The notes under the pieces were generated by a model that saw only the letters and a list, made by a program, of their open reading frames with translations, was not told where the DNA came from and made no database searches. DNA of 64,000 nt from Lama guanicoe (lineage: Eukaryota). Shown here piece by piece: positions 12,051 to 25,669 of the stretch. Both the position numbers and the translations under genes were made by a program. The stretch covers positions 7,523,352-7,587,351 of the forward strand of contig MU053934.1 in the NCBI GenBank assembly GCA_013239625.1, written 5' to 3'. Numbering within the stretch: the stretch's first letter is position 1; each line of letters starts with the position of its first letter.

Positions 12051-14854
12051 GCACAACATCCTGGATGACTCTGGCTTACGGCAGAGACTCGCCCTCATCT
12101 CACCTGAGTGCAGCTGCCTACCCAGCACAAGGCCGCGCACACGGTAGGAGCTGGTAAGCGGTAAGAGGAATGGAGTGAGCTGGTTAACAAAACAACTTTC
12201 CTGCCCAACCGGCTACAGATGACTTCTTCTCATCAGGGCAAAAAGTGCTGAGAAGCAAGTCCCACATTCAAACTCTGAGCAACTTGAGAAACATATTTTT
12301 CAGTAAGTCAAGATAAAGACTGGGGTCGCAGAAAACATCTGGCCAAGTGAACTAATGGCTTTAGGGGAAAAGGAGCCTTGCCTTGTGGAGTCGGGAAAAA
12401 ATTATCCACTGCTGGTTTTAATTTAAGATGAAAAAAAATCTTATTCTATTAGCCTAAATATTGCTCTTATGTCCAATTGCATGGAGTTTGGAATAATATT
12501 TTTCAAACAGAACTACTGCTATTTCAAGTAATTACAATGCTAAAAGCAGTCATTTGGGGTTGAGCAAGGATCTCATCATGGTTTCAATTCCCTCTGGTGT
12601 CATTTTCTGTTACATTTGAGAAATTCCTCAATAAAGATGTCAAACAGAAAGAGGGTTTTACTCCCCAGAGGACAGATTTGGCCACCCTCCAGGACACAGT
12701 CCCAGGCAAGCCATCTCCACAAGAAAATAACCTCACTTGCTCAAAAGAAAAGAAAAAGGTTCAGCTGTGAAAACTTAGGCAAGAAAATAACCCTTCAGCC
12801 ATCAGCCTCATTTCTCCTAGTTACCTCAGAACGCTTCTCAACTGCGCTGCCCAGGCTCCGTTCCAGCCATCACCCCGAAGGAATGCAGTGGTGGTTGCAA
12901 GAGGAATGTGACAACCGGACAGGACTTTTGACCCAGGCTTCTCGAGACAAACACCAGGAGATGCAAATGGGCCTAGCTGTCCCCGGCGGGTGACGGGTTG
13001 TGAGGTGGGACTCACAGTGACTGGCCAGAGATGCACAAGGCAGCGATGATGCAGAACACAGAACCTTCCAACCACTTGGTCAGGTTCTGGGAGCCTCATG
13101 AGGCAACATGGACACAACTTCTACAGAGATCAGGCAGGTAGTTAAGTGACCAAAGCTGGCTGGTTGTGAGCGACAGGAAACGGTGGGGACTGTGGCAATC
13201 AGGAGAGCATGCACACCTCCAGAGAGGGCAGCCAGCTCGCAGCTGCTGCCAGTCGCTGCTGGTACCACGCTGAGACGTGGGCAAGAGGTGCCCTTGCTCT
13301 CGGCTCCATGCCTTGAGGGTCTCTGCTCTGCCCCTCCTGCGGCTGCAGCCCTCCCCATGGAAGGAGGAGTCACAGGGGGTCATGTGCACCTGGAACACAC
13401 ACCCACCCTTCTAGACCACATCCTGGGTGTCTGAGACTCCCAAATTCCCTATCTAGATGGCCCCAAGCCTGGCTGTTCTTGGAGGGGCAGATGACAGGAC
13501 CAAGCAAAAGGGAAGACGGTTTGGGGCAAGTGGCCAGAGCTTAAACACTCAGGTGAGGTGTCCTCAGGCTCCCTGTGGTGTCAGATGGAGCCAGGGGTGA
13601 GAGGAAGAGGGTAGGGAGGAGGCATTGCCCTGGCTACCACTTTTGGGCACAAACCTCCAAGGAGTCCTCCTAGCATTCTAAATTCCCGTGTAGCCTTCCA
13701 TGCCATTAGGAAGGAATACTTATCAAGGTAGAAGAGACTGAATATAATCTAGTTTTGAAGCTTTGTAATAAGTTTTACACATTTAGCCACATGGGAAACA
13801 GGCCTTCATTTACACTCCTGTCCAAGTCCAACAAAGGCAGGGGCAGGGGACTCTGGCCAAGTAGGAATAATGCTGGAAATAATTGATTTTTATGTGTCAT
13901 CCCTTGGTTTATAAATGTTGACAAATAAGTCAATCATCATCAACACTGTGGAGGAGAGCCCAAACATGTTCACAGGCTGGATGAGGGCTGTGGGCTGCAA
14001 CAATGTGATGACCACATCCTCACCTGTGCGGAATTTCCCATCGGGATGTTCAGCTCCTGTATCTCCTTTTATATTTCTTTGTCACAGTGACCCTGAGACA
14101 GGTAGTACTGACCCATTCTTAGTTAGGGGAACCAACACTTGGAGAGTTTGAGTACCTGGTCCCTCACCATAAAACTCATGAGTGGTGGTGACAGAATTTG
14201 GGCAACATCTTCAAATCCAGGGCCAGCTTCCTCTTACAGTGTTACTTGTTTCAGCCAATATCTACAAGCCGCCACGGTCCAGACGCTGTGCTAGGCATTC
14301 TGACAGCATTTTGGGGATGGGGGAGCTGAAGCCCTGAGAGGGGACGTGGTCAGTCTAGGCTGGAGCTGGTTGGACCCAAGGTCTGACTTCTCTAGAGCCA
14401 GAGGTTTGTCTTGAGAAGGAAAAAGCCCAAAGAAAAAGAAGTCTGTTGGGAAGGGTCTGCCCTCAGCTAAAAGCAGAGGAGCAACAGAGAGAGCCTTTTC
14501 TCAGTTGCCATATGTGTGAATTAGAGCCACACGAAGTGGCAATCTGTGTTTGGAGGTGGGGATAGGGTGGGGGGAGTCTTTCCCAGTTCTTCAATCAGTG
14601 TGAAAAGAATCAGTTTGAAAATAATGTTGAAACAAAGACCTGCCCAGACTCCATTAATCTGGAGGCACTGGGCACACCTGCCGCAGCCAAGCAAGGGTTA
14701 CAGACAGCTGACTCTGCCCAGGTAAGAGCACTGCAACTGGAAAGGGGGCCCAGGGAGTGTGGACAGCAGGCCCTGGCCCCCACGACATCTCGGAGGCATC
14801 CACCCAGCCCATCTCAATACATCTCGTCTGAAAGTCGATGGCCGGATTGAGCCT

Positions 14855-15080
14855 GGTACATGCGTGTGCTCGGTGCCAGGCGCTCCACTAGACGCTAGGC
14901 ATCCATGAGCCACTCCATTCTCACAAAAACCCTACAAGACAGAGACTACGAATTCCACGTTACAGGTGAGGAAACCGAGGCTCAGAGGTGAAGCAGCCAA
15001 AGGTCACACAGCTGATCACTGTCAGAAATGGGATTTGAGCCCAGAACCGGCAGCTCCCAAGGTGTGTCCTCTTGACCCCT
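14855..15080. mobile_element. MIR SINE
   Basis: TTACAGGTGAGGAAACCGAGGCTCAGAGG...AAGGTCACACAGCT...GGGATTTGAGCCCAG. Confidence 0.75.
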
Positions 15081-16369
15081 GGTGATACTGTCTGTTGTCC
15101 CATAGGGACTGCCGGCCATGCCTGCACGGGCTAATCAACTTCTGAAACGTGCTCTACCGTCTGAAGAAAGGGGCAAACAGCCAGTAAAGCTAAATGCTTA
15201 CTCTCTTGGGAGGATTAATTGACATAAAACTTGAACCGTACTGAACTGCGTGTCTGGCACAATGAACACTGCATGGCCTCTGCTGTCTGCAACCTCATCA
15301 AATGCTCTGAAGCTCCAGCCCCGGCTGTGCCCCACTGCCCTTGACCGGGAAACTGCCCCCTGCCTTTGGAGACCCTGCTCAGTGCAGTCTCCTCCTGAAG
15401 CCCCCTGAGGAATTAGCCCCACATCCAGACAACCCCCCTCTCCCCAGGCAGGGGCAGCTCTTCACAGACCCCTCTGGGCTTCAACAGCCTGCTGTCCAGA
15501 CCTCCGTTTCAGCATGATTTTGGGTATAATCACATGTTTACAGATTGTTTCTCATAATAAGCTAATGTAAGATCCAATATGCATTAAACAAAAACAGGCA
15601 GAGGAATCAAAGACTAGTACACCAGTAATTCTGGAGAAGTTCTGGAGCACTGGGGATGTCAGGCTTCCTACGCCACGCACCAGAGCCCCCGCTGGCACAG
15701 CAGAAGGCTTCCCGAGCCCTTTCAGGAAGCACTGCACCGAAAGCCATAAAAATCCCAAATGATCCTTCTGACCCAGTAGTTCCACTTCTGGGCAGAATTG
15801 CTCAGGAAATAGTTGCAAAAACAAAACAAAAAAAACTTTTATGCCCAGAATCACCTCTGGATTCTGACGGTAAAAACAAACAAAATAAGCAAACTATTTA
15901 AATTTCCAACCACAAAACGGGGGCCAAGTCACCTACAGCAATACTAATGCCATTAGGAACACTGATGTTTGTTGACTATATATACCCACTAAGTGCCAGT
16001 CACTCCACTTCACCACGTCACTCCATCCTCCCACACAACCTGGTGAAGCAGGCAGCATTATCACCCCTGGCACAGCCATGATGACAGCAGCAGCTATGAG
16101 GACTGAGAGCCTGGTAACAGGCACCCTTCTCAGCCATCTGGATGTGACCTCAGTCACTGCTCACAACAGCGTGTGAGACAGCGGCTCTTCACACCCTCCC
16201 GTCACCAACAAGTGTCTGAGGCTCAGAAATGTTAAGAACGTGTCCACAGCCACACCACACTCCTGCTCTCCGGCCAAGCCCACGGTCTCACCCCCTAGGC
16301 CATCGTTCCCCAGGTCACTCAACAGCCAGGAGCAGGAGGGGGCGTGGGGGACGGGCGCCTCTGCTTTGA

Positions 16370-16512
16370 GACCATGTGCTTTCTACCATGAGATGTTCCC
16401 CTCAACACCTTGACCTCAGACAGCCCCCAGACTGTGAGGGAAAAAAAATTTCTTGTACTTTAAACCCTCAAGCTGTGCTGTTTTGTTATGGCAAGACTAG
16501 CAAACTAATACA
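16370..16512 (+). mobile_element. MLT1 LTR 3' fragment
   Basis: CCAGACTGTGAG...TTTGTTATGGCA...AAACTAATACA terminus. Confidence 0.7.
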
Positions 16513-16618
16513 AGGACCCAAAAGAGGGCAAGCCTTCCCACTGCCCCCAGGACCGCAAGCTGGAGCTGAGAAACGGGCAGCGTGTGCCTTGCAGGCAGAG
16601 CGCGGCTGCATCACTCAC

Positions 16619-16747
16619 CCAGGCAGTTGTGTCCATCGTGTGCCAGCATGAAGCCATCAAAGCAGGTGCACCTGTAGTTCCCCGGGATATTGATGCACTC
16701 ATGGACACAGCCCCCGTTGTAGTAGTCATTCTCACACTCGTCGATGT
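16619..16747 (-). CDS. SCUBE1: SCUBE1 exon 3 (129 nt; Ca-binding EGF-like repeat 2, [43 protein letters not shown])
   Basis: Manual minus-strand translation gives an EGF-Ca repeat. Acceptor TTTTGCAG|AC and donor CTGG|GTGAGT, phase 1-1, in frame with exon 2. This frame is absent from the ORF track. Confidence 0.97.
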
Positions 16748-19269
16748 CTGCAAAATGAGGCGCATGAGAAATGTTAGAGGAAGAACCTAGGGGTCTCCTC
16801 TCCCCCCACCACTGAAATCACCAGGACATGATTGGTTAGGGGATGACTCAAGGAATTCACCTGCTGGGGGCTGGGGACCCAAAGGTTACAAAGATGAAGA
16901 TCCTGGCTGTGCAACGAGGTTGGCCACCACCTTGCAGAGCAGGGCCATGTGCCAGGTGTGTTCAAGGTGTCTTCCAGACCCCCCCAACAGTGAAGCAGGG
17001 AAGATTCACACCAGCTCTGCCCCCCATTGAAGTCCTCTCAACCCTAACAGCATGCAGGATCCTGTCTAAACTGCCTGCCCCTCAAACTGGCCCTTTTTAG
17101 GCTATTTGAAAGCCTCCCAGAGATGGACAGCTCATTACTTGTGAAGCTGGGGGTAAGAAATAAATGAACTTTGCATATCACCAAAAAGCATAACCTTGAG
17201 AATGAGAGAAAAGTCCATATACTCCCCCTAGAATTTCCTTCCAGATCAGCCATCTGAAGCCTGAATTTCTACGGCTCCAGTTTGTTATAACAAAGGCTTC
17301 TGTCTCATAAACAATGACCAATGGCTTTTGGAAAGGTCACTCTTTTTGCTGTTTTAAGTCTTTTTCAACATTTCCCATCAGGGTCAAAGAGCTATCAGTT
17401 CTAGAGTTCCAGAGAGATTTGAGAGACCTCAAGAAACAAGAGGAGCGAGTCTAGTTAACATTCAACGAGCTGCTTCTACGCCCAAGTCCCCGGGGGCAAC
17501 ACTACATGTTATTATCCCCCAATTCCCACACTAACTCCAAGACATAGGTACTGTTATCATTCTTCCAATTTTACAAGGCCACCGAAGAAGCCGAGGCGCA
17601 GGGACCCCAAGACCTCGCCACAGGTCACATACCTAAAAGCAGTACAAATGGGATTTGAACCAGTGCAGCCTAGCACTGGAGTCCAGGGCGGGGCTGAACA
17701 CTGGCTGCACTTCTAGGAGTTTCCAGGAGGGCGGTGCCAGTGCAGAGGCTCTGCCAGGCGAATGTTCCCTGGGCTCTTCCGTCTCAACCTACACCCACCC
17801 GGACCTTCAAAGGGTCTGCGGAGAAGCAGGAAAGGGTGAGCCGGAAGTGTCCCACAACAGAGCCTGAAGTGCTCCACGGAACCGGAAGTGTTCCTCAGTG
17901 GAACCAGAAGCACTGGCTAAGCAGTACCGGAAGTGCTTTGCAAGAGGCTACAGTGCGGGAAGAAGCAGTCTCGCCTCTACTTGGTCGAAGAGGGATTTTT
18001 GAGGCCAGGTTCCAGCTATGACAGCCAGGAAGGGGCCAGCCTGAAGAAGAGAGGGAACTGAAGGCAAGCCTGGTTGCTCCTGCAAATGCCTGAGGAGCTG
18101 GCACAGGGAGACATTCAGCTCCATGTGCTCTCCACGCTCGTCCAGAGAGAAGAGCTACACAGAGTAGGGGAAAGCCATGGGGGCCAGTTAATGTTCACGG
18201 GTGGGAATGTCCATGTGGGAAATAGATCCTGTCTCAGGAGGTAGTGAGCTCTTTAACTCTGGAGGTGACCAAGTAGTCTGGACACCCGTGTGCCAGGGAC
18301 GCAGGCCAGCAGAGGGAATAACTTCAGTGAAAACTGCTGCACGGGAAGTGCTAGCATACAGAGTCTGGGCTGGGCAGCCTCCTCCTGGTAACCACCCACC
18401 CAGCCACGATGAGGGAAGAACAAAGTAGCCTGGATCTCCAAAGGTGCAAGAGACAGGAGGCTTTGCCTGCACTAGCTGTCAGTGTCAGCTGGGAAGCAGG
18501 CTCAATTCCGTAAGCCATTTGAATTTTTAATCATTATACTTAATGTACTTAGAAATTTTAAATAACATTAATGGAGGATATAAGACTTTATGTTTGAAAG
18601 TGTACGTGGATTTATAAAGACTGGGGTATTGATTACTTCCCAATCTGCAGCTCTGACCTTTTTGCCAGAGCCCCAGACACACCAATCCAACCACCTCTCC
18701 CTCTGGATCTTCCACATTCCCTCCAAAGGCAAAATGGCCAAACTTTAACTCATCAACCTGCACTTCCCTGGGGTTCCCCATCCCAGTGAATACTGCTATC
18801 CTGCCACCTCTCCACTGAAATTGAATCAGCTACCAACACTTGGTTTTTCTACACTCTTAATATGGGTGCAAGTCATGCCAGTGGTCACCCATTTCCACTA
18901 CCTGTAAGCACGAGCATCATCTCTCATCTGATCTGAACCAGCAGCTCCCAAATTGTTGCCTCCCTCCCTTCCTTCATTCAAGCAGGTGACTCAGGAGAAG
19001 GTGCCCTGGTCCCAGCTCTGGCAGGGGAGAGGGGGTATCAGTCTAACCCAAGCAGTACATGGCATTAGCAACTGCTGTTGGTCCCAGGGTGAGCATATGA
19101 CTTACGCTGGATGAGTCAGACTGAGGGGAAGGACTTCTATTCTATGCTTGGGTAGAAGAATTCTCTCACACACTCTACCTCAGAAGAAGTATGCAGGGAT
19201 CTACTCCTGACACATACACCAGTCCACTTAATTTTCACTGCAACCCGCTGCAGTATGTATTTTTTAAGC

Positions 19270-20350
19270 AATTTTTTTTATTGAAGTGTGGTTATTTACA
19301 ATGTTTGTTTCAGGTGTACAGCAAAGCAATTCAGTTATACAGATACAGATATATATATATACTTTCAGATTCTTTTCCATTATATGTTATTATAAGAAAT
19401 TGAATATAGTTCCCTATGCTATATAGTAGGTCCTTGTTGGTCTATTTTATATATAGTAATGTGTACCTGTTAATCCCCAACTCCTAATTTATCCCTCCCC
19501 TGCCCTTTCCCCTTTGGTAACCGTAGTTTATTTTCTACGTCTGTGCGTCTATTTTTGGTTTGTAAATAAGATTTGTATTTTTTTTAGATTTCACATAAAA
19601 ATGATATCATATGATATTTGTCTTTCTCTGACTTACTTCACTTAATATGATAATCTCTAGGTCCATCCATGTTGCTGCAAATGGTATTATTTCATTCTTT
19701 TTTATGGCTGAGTAATATTCCATTGTATACATATAACTCTTTTTTTTTTCTATCCATTCAGCTGTCAAGGGACATTTAGGTTATTTCCATGTCTTGACTA
19801 TTGTAAATAGTGCTGCCATGAACATTGGGGTACGTGTGTCTTTTCAAATTATAGTTTTCTCCAGATATATGCCCAAGAGTGGGATTGCTGAATTATATGG
19901 TAAGTCTATTTTTAGTTTTTTAAGGAACCTCTGTACTGTTTTCCATAATGGCTGCACCACTTTTACATTCCCACCAACAGTGTAGGAGGGTTCCTTTTTC
20001 TCCACACCCCTTCTAGCATTTATTATTTGTAGACTTTTTAATGATGACTATTCTGACTGGTGTGAGGTGATACCTCATTGTAGTTTTGATTTGCATTTTT
20101 CTAATAATTAGTGATATTGAGCATCTTTTCATGTGCCTCTTGGCCATCTGTATGTCTGTTTTGGAGAAATGTCTATTTAGGTGTTCTGCCCATTTTCTGA
20201 TTGGGTTGTTTATTTTTTTGCTATTAAGATGTATGTGCTGTTTGTATATTTTGGAAATTAGTCCCTTGTCGGTGGTATCATTTGCAAATATTTTCTCCCA
20301 TTCTGTAGGTTGTCTTTTCATTTTGTTTCTGGTTTCCTATGCTGTGCAAA
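19270..20350 (-). mobile_element. 5'-truncated LINE-1 (ORF2 C-terminus and 3' UTR)
   Basis: ORF 20013-20321 ([14 protein letters not shown]...[26 protein letters not shown]) is L1 ORF2 C-terminal sequence. T-tract at the left end and decayed TSD-like flanks TGCAGTA(T/G)GT. Confidence 0.95.
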
Positions 20351-20744
20351 TGCAGTAGGTGTTTTAACTCCATTTTATGGTTGAGAAAGCTAAAGTACAG
20401 AAAGGTAATTGCTCAAGGTCACATAGTAAGTGGTAGGCCAAGGATCAAAACAAAGGTCTTTCAGTCTACAAAGCCCACGTCCTTTCTAATAAGTTAGAAT
20501 GCCATGACATGCCAGGCATTGGCAAAGTACTTTATATACATTATTTCATTCCTGGCACATTTACACTGTGTACCGAATCACTATGTTCTCTAATCAGCCA
20601 AACACCCATTCACACATTCATCTTTCCACATGCTCCACATCCACCGGTCCCCCCCCCACACACACACTCTCAAACATGTGTGTGTGTGTGTGTGTGTGTG
20701 CATGTACCTATCCAACTACCCAAACAGCCGGCCAGCCAGTTATG

Positions 20745-21225
20745 CATCCATTCATCTGAACATCCATCCGCTCACCCATTAACCACCCATCTAGTCACTC
20801 CAATAAGCTGTTCATTCAGACACCCATCCACCAGCCTTCCATTTGTCTATACATGCTGAAATCTATCCATCTAAATATCCAATAAGCTGACCATCCTCCC
20901 ATTCACCCAATCACATATTCCCCCATCCATACATCAGGCAAATATTCACCCATATAAATGTGTATCCATCCACCTAAATATTCAGCCAGACACCCATCCT
21001 TCCATTCATCTCAACATCTACTCATCTAAATATTCACCCATCCAAATGCCTAACCACCTGTCCATTTATTCATTGATCCAAATACCCACCCATCTATCCA
21101 AACACACACACACACACATATCCAAACACCTACTTGTTCATCCATCTATCCAGCCAAACATTCACTCACTTATTCATCCATCCAAACATCTATTCATCCA
21201 CCCATCAGTTCCTTCAAACATCTTC
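20745..21225. repeat. Degenerate (CCAT/ATCC)n low-complexity tract
   Basis: About 480 bp dominated by CATCCA/CACCCA/ATTCA units, almost without G. Confidence 0.85.
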
Positions 21226-21519
21226 CATGTAAATAGCTTACAAAATACAAACAATAAGATTTTCAAAAAGAATGGATGTTAGGATGAAGAAAAAGAAAGA
21301 AGGGCTGAAGAATAAGAGAAAGCTGGTGACTTTATGCAGAAATACATCTGGTAATTCCAGCACAATTACAAAAGGAAGGCCATAAACGTGACTTAGCTTC
21401 CTAGAAACCAAGGCAAGGAAGGAAACACAATCAGTTACAGAGTTACTGCATCCGTGAAATTCAGTTGAGCCAGCTGTTTTGAGGGTGGTAAGAACAGAGA
21501 AAAATGACTTTTCTCTGAT

Positions 21520-21637
21520 TAGGATAATCATACACCCAAGTTTGCCTGGAGTAGTTCCAGTTTATGCCTGCTGTCTGGGTATAATTATTAACAGCAACCT
21601 TTTCACTATCAAAATGATAAACTATTTGATCACCATA
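21520..21637. mobile_element. hAT-Blackjack MITE (MER94/MER81-like)
   Basis: Decayed terminal inverted repeats TAGGATAATCATA ... TTTGATCACCATA around AGTTCCAGTTTATGCCTGCTGTC. Confidence 0.6.
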
Positions 21638-22244
21638 TACGTAAAGCATTATAAAGAGATTGCTGAACAGTCAATAAAACAGCTCCAGCCTTTTCCTTTC
21701 TGTGACTCCCCATAGTGTAGGCCACAATGGGTACAAATGGGCTGAAGGGTGCAGGGATGTTCACTGCTCACATCTCTCCCCTTAATCCATTCCCAATGAG
21801 TCCCCCCAGATCTGAGCATCCCTAAGAATGATCAGTTCCTCTCCAATCCCCAGGCCTGAAGTGCTCCCACACACTTCTGTGGCCAACCTGATTTACCTGC
21901 CCAGCATCCTGAATGGAGACATTTGCTCAGAAACCAAACCTCCCCTGACTTTCTGTGTCTGTGTTTGAAATTTTTATTTTTTAAAATCATGTGAGCCGCC
22001 TCCTTTAACACAAAAGAGATAAACACATAAACAAATCAACTAATTTTTTTTTTGCCAAAGCAAGTAGATTATTATTGTAAAAAACATATCCAAGAGCCAC
22101 TAGCCCAAGAGGTCCCACAGGCCTCCAAGATGCCTATTAGTCTTGGACTACTTTTTAAGGACTGTAAACCAGAGAGTGAGGAACAGGCAGATGGAGTGGG
22201 GAGAGGGTGAAAGAATGGGGGTGGGTAGAGCCAAGCTATTCACT

Positions 22245-22711
22245 TTTTTTTTATTTGAAGTATAGTTGATTTCTAATATTGTGTCAGTTTCAGCTGTACA
22301 GTAGAGTGATTCAGTTATACATACACATTTTCAGATTATTTTCCATTATAGGTTATTACAAGATAGTGAATATAGATCGTTCCCTGTGTTAAACAGCGAG
22401 TCCTTGTTGTTTACCTGTTTTATATATGGTAGTATGTATCTGTTAATCCTATACTCCCAATTTATTCCTTCCCCACTCCTTTTCCCCTTTGGTAACCATA
22501 AGTTTGTTTTCTATATCTGTGAGTCTGTTTCTGTTTTGCATATAGATTCATTTGTATTATTTTTTAGATTCCACATATAAGTGATATATAATATTTGTCT
22601 TTCTCTGTTTGACTTACTTCACTTAGTATGATATTCTCTGGGTCTATCCATGTTGCCACAAATGGCATTATTTCATTCTTTTTTATGGCTGAGTAGTATT
22701 CCATTGTGGAG

Positions 22712-22747
<36 letters not shown>

Positions 22748-23422
22748 TATCTTCCTAAACCAATCGTGTTGATGGGCATTTGTGTTGTTTCCATGTCTTG
22801 GCTATTGTAAATAGTGCTGCCATGAACATTGGGGTGCATATATCTTTTCAAATTATAGAGTTTTCATCTTTTCCAGATTTATGCCCAGGAGTAGGATTGC
22901 TGGATCATGTGGTAACTCTATTTTTAGTTTTTAAAGGAACCTCCATACTGTTTTCCATAGTGGCTGCACCAATTTACATTCTCACCAACACTGTAGGAGT
23001 GTTCCCTTTTCTCCACATCCTCTCCGGCATTTATTATTTGTAGTTTTTGATGACAGCCATTCTGACCAGTGTGAGGTGATACCTCATTGTAGTTTTGATT
23101 TGCATTTCTCTAATAATTAGCAATACTGATCATCTATTCATGTGCCTGTTGGCCATCCCTTTGTCTTCTTTAGAGAAATGTCTACTTAGATCTTCTGCCC
23201 ATTTTGTGTTTTTGCTTTTTTTTGATATTGAGTTGTATGAGCTATTTGTGTATTTTGGAAATCAAGCCTTTGTTGGTCGCATGGTTTGCAAATATCTTCT
23301 CCTTTCCCAGAGGCTGTCCTTTTGTTTTGTTGATGGTTTCTTCTGTTGTGCAAAAGCGTTTAAGTTTGATTAGGTCCCATTTGTTTATTTTTGCTTTGAT
23401 TTCTTTTGCCTTGGGAGACTAA
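22245..23422 (-). mobile_element. 5'-truncated LINE-1 (ORF2 C-terminus and 3' UTR) containing a (CA)n tract
   Basis: ORF 22564-22851 contains [38 protein letters not shown], typical of the L1 ORF2 end. Colinear with the 19270-20350 copy. Confidence 0.95.
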
Positions 23423-23446
23423 TCTAGATATTTAGTCTTAAAGGAC

Positions 23447-23700
23447 TGTTGTGAGTTGAACTGTGTCCCCTCGAAAGATGTGTTGATGTCCTAACCCTCA
23501 GTATTTGTGAATGTGACTTGATTTGGAAATAGGATCTTTGCAGATGTAATCAAGTTTTAGAAGAGGTTATAGTGGAGTAGGGTGGGCCCTAATCCAATGA
23601 CTGGTGTTCATACAAGAGGAAGGAAATTTGGATATAGACACACAGAGGGAAGACAGCCATGAGACCACAGAGCAAAGACTGGAGTGATAAAGCTGAGTGT
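23447..23700 (+). mobile_element. MLT1 LTR 5' fragment
   Basis: TGTTGTGAGTTGAACTGTGTCCCC...TTTGGAAATAGGATCTTTGCAGATGTAATCAAG...GGGTGGGCCCTAATCCAATGACTGGTG. Confidence 0.8.
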
Positions 23701-25669
23701 GAAGCAGGTGCGACTGCTGTTTCCATTTCACTAATGCAGAGGCCAAGGACGGCGTGGCTGAGGGCCTTGTCTTCAGGGACCCCAGCCAGGCACTGTGTTC
23801 AAATGCAGGCTCTAGTCCTGTTAGAGCCACATCCTTGGGGTGCATGAGATGAATACTTTTAAAAAGTGCTTCATGCTCCAAAAGCTATTAAGGAGAAAGG
23901 TGGGGAGGAGATGTCACATGCATCATTGTTTTTATCTCCAGGGTCTGCACCTACTCTCGAGTGAGCAGGACGAAAGACTGGACCCAGATGCTGCGGATGT
24001 GAAGTCCAACAGCTCGCCCTAGACATCCCTGCTCCTTCTCCAGCTTCGATTTTTTTTTTTTTTAATGAGAACTCAATTCCCAACAGAAAACAGCTCCTAA
24101 CATCCAATAGAGCAGAGAAAAACAGCATGGTGAGCTGCTCATTATGGGATTTTTAAAAGGTCACACAGTTCCACTTTTCCTGTATTAAAACGGCAGTGCA
24201 CACACAACCCCACAGCTGTCGTTATGTGCCAGCAACACTGGTTTGGACTCGAGTGGGATGAGTTTGTTTGTTTGTTTGTTTTTTCCATTTAATTCAAAAT
24301 TGGTTCTTGCTGCGCCATAAAATATATATTTATTCTGCATTGCCTAGATTCTAAGAGATTCTACTGCAATGAGTCAGAACGTCTTCTCATTTTATTTTAA
24401 TACTATTTTAGGGTATTTTCCTAAAAATCAGGACTTACTAGAAAGGTTCTCAAAATGAGGATTTTTAAAGCCCCTCACTCTCCACTCTCAGAGATCATCA
24501 CTGACAACATCTCCCATTTCCCCTTGAAATTGGCATTTTTCTCGGCATTCCTCGCAGACAGTGGAGACCAAACGCTCTAACAAAGAACCCTTCCCTGGCT
24601 GGGCGCTAACACGTCTTCTCCTTTGTCTGGGGGCTTTAGGAAAAACCGTCCACTCCTTAGATCAGGCAACCATTCTGGGAGAGATGTATGGCTTAGGAAG
24701 TTGAGTCCTTATTGGTGAATAAATCTTAATCCGGTTTGTTGGCTAATTACATTCTCGGGAAGGTAGTTTCGCAGGGCCGCCTAGCAGGAAGGATTAAGCC
24801 CCCTGTCTCCGGTGGCACAGGGTTAAGCTCCGGGTGTGTAATGACTGAGTAATGAGACCCGCTCTCGGCGGACCCCTGGCATCCATCGATCAGGTTTCCC
24901 TTCTGCCGAGACAATGCCAGAAGTGGGCCCAGCAGTTAATTATGGGAAAGGTCAAAGGTCATGAAAAACCAACACAAATCTATATACTTTTTCATTCCTA
25001 ACTGCACACAATGACCATGGCTCAGCCAGAGGGTGGGAAGGTCCTCCCCCGACCCAACCCATGATCCAAGGTAACCATGGGGTTTGAGCCGCTTGCTGAC
25101 CTCTCCCAGTGGCCTGCATGGCTTCAGGCCGCCACACTTTTGCTCACGCTGTCCCCTCTGCCTGGAGCTCCTTCCCCTTCACAGATGCCTCCGCACTTCA
25201 GCAGGCTGGGTCCCAGCATCACCACCTCCCTGACGCTTTTGCGGGTCCCCTGGCAGGCGGGACTCCTCCCCACCCTCTGGGCCTCACAGCTCCCTGAACA
25301 GACGCTGTCATTACTCTCGCTTGCTATGTATGTGTCCTCTGAGGCTGTGAGTTCCATGGGGCAAGCACGGTGTCCTGTTCAGCAGTGGGCTCAGAAGGAG
25401 CAGTGTGCTCCTCGGAAGTCTGCTCGGCACTGAACAAACGAGTAGCCAACTCGACAGGAGTCTCCGTGGACGTGTGAGGCCGTACGCAGGCCCTTCACTG
25501 TGACCACCCTGAGAAATGGGAACTGACATCTTTATTAGACAGCAAAGAAAACCAAGGCTCAGAGATGTTACCTTCCCTGCCCAAGGTCGCACAGCTAATA
25601 TGGTGGAGCCAGGAAGTGAGCCAGGCCACTTGACTTGAGAGCTCCTGCTTTCTCAGTCACAAAGAGCCA

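Noticed and set aside
1..16618. SCUBE1 exon 4 (expected third EGF repeat)
   Set aside because: I found no EGF-like cysteine pattern with splice sites by eye. It probably lies beyond the left edge of the window.
17841..17962. Repeat-spacer pattern resembling a CRISPR array
   Set aside because: The repeats are only about 9 bp and the spacers about 12 bp, the context is eukaryotic, and there are no cas genes.
20013..20321. 102-aa ORF with a protein-like sequence
   Set aside because: It is a fragment of LINE-1 ORF2 in a 5'-truncated element, not a host gene.
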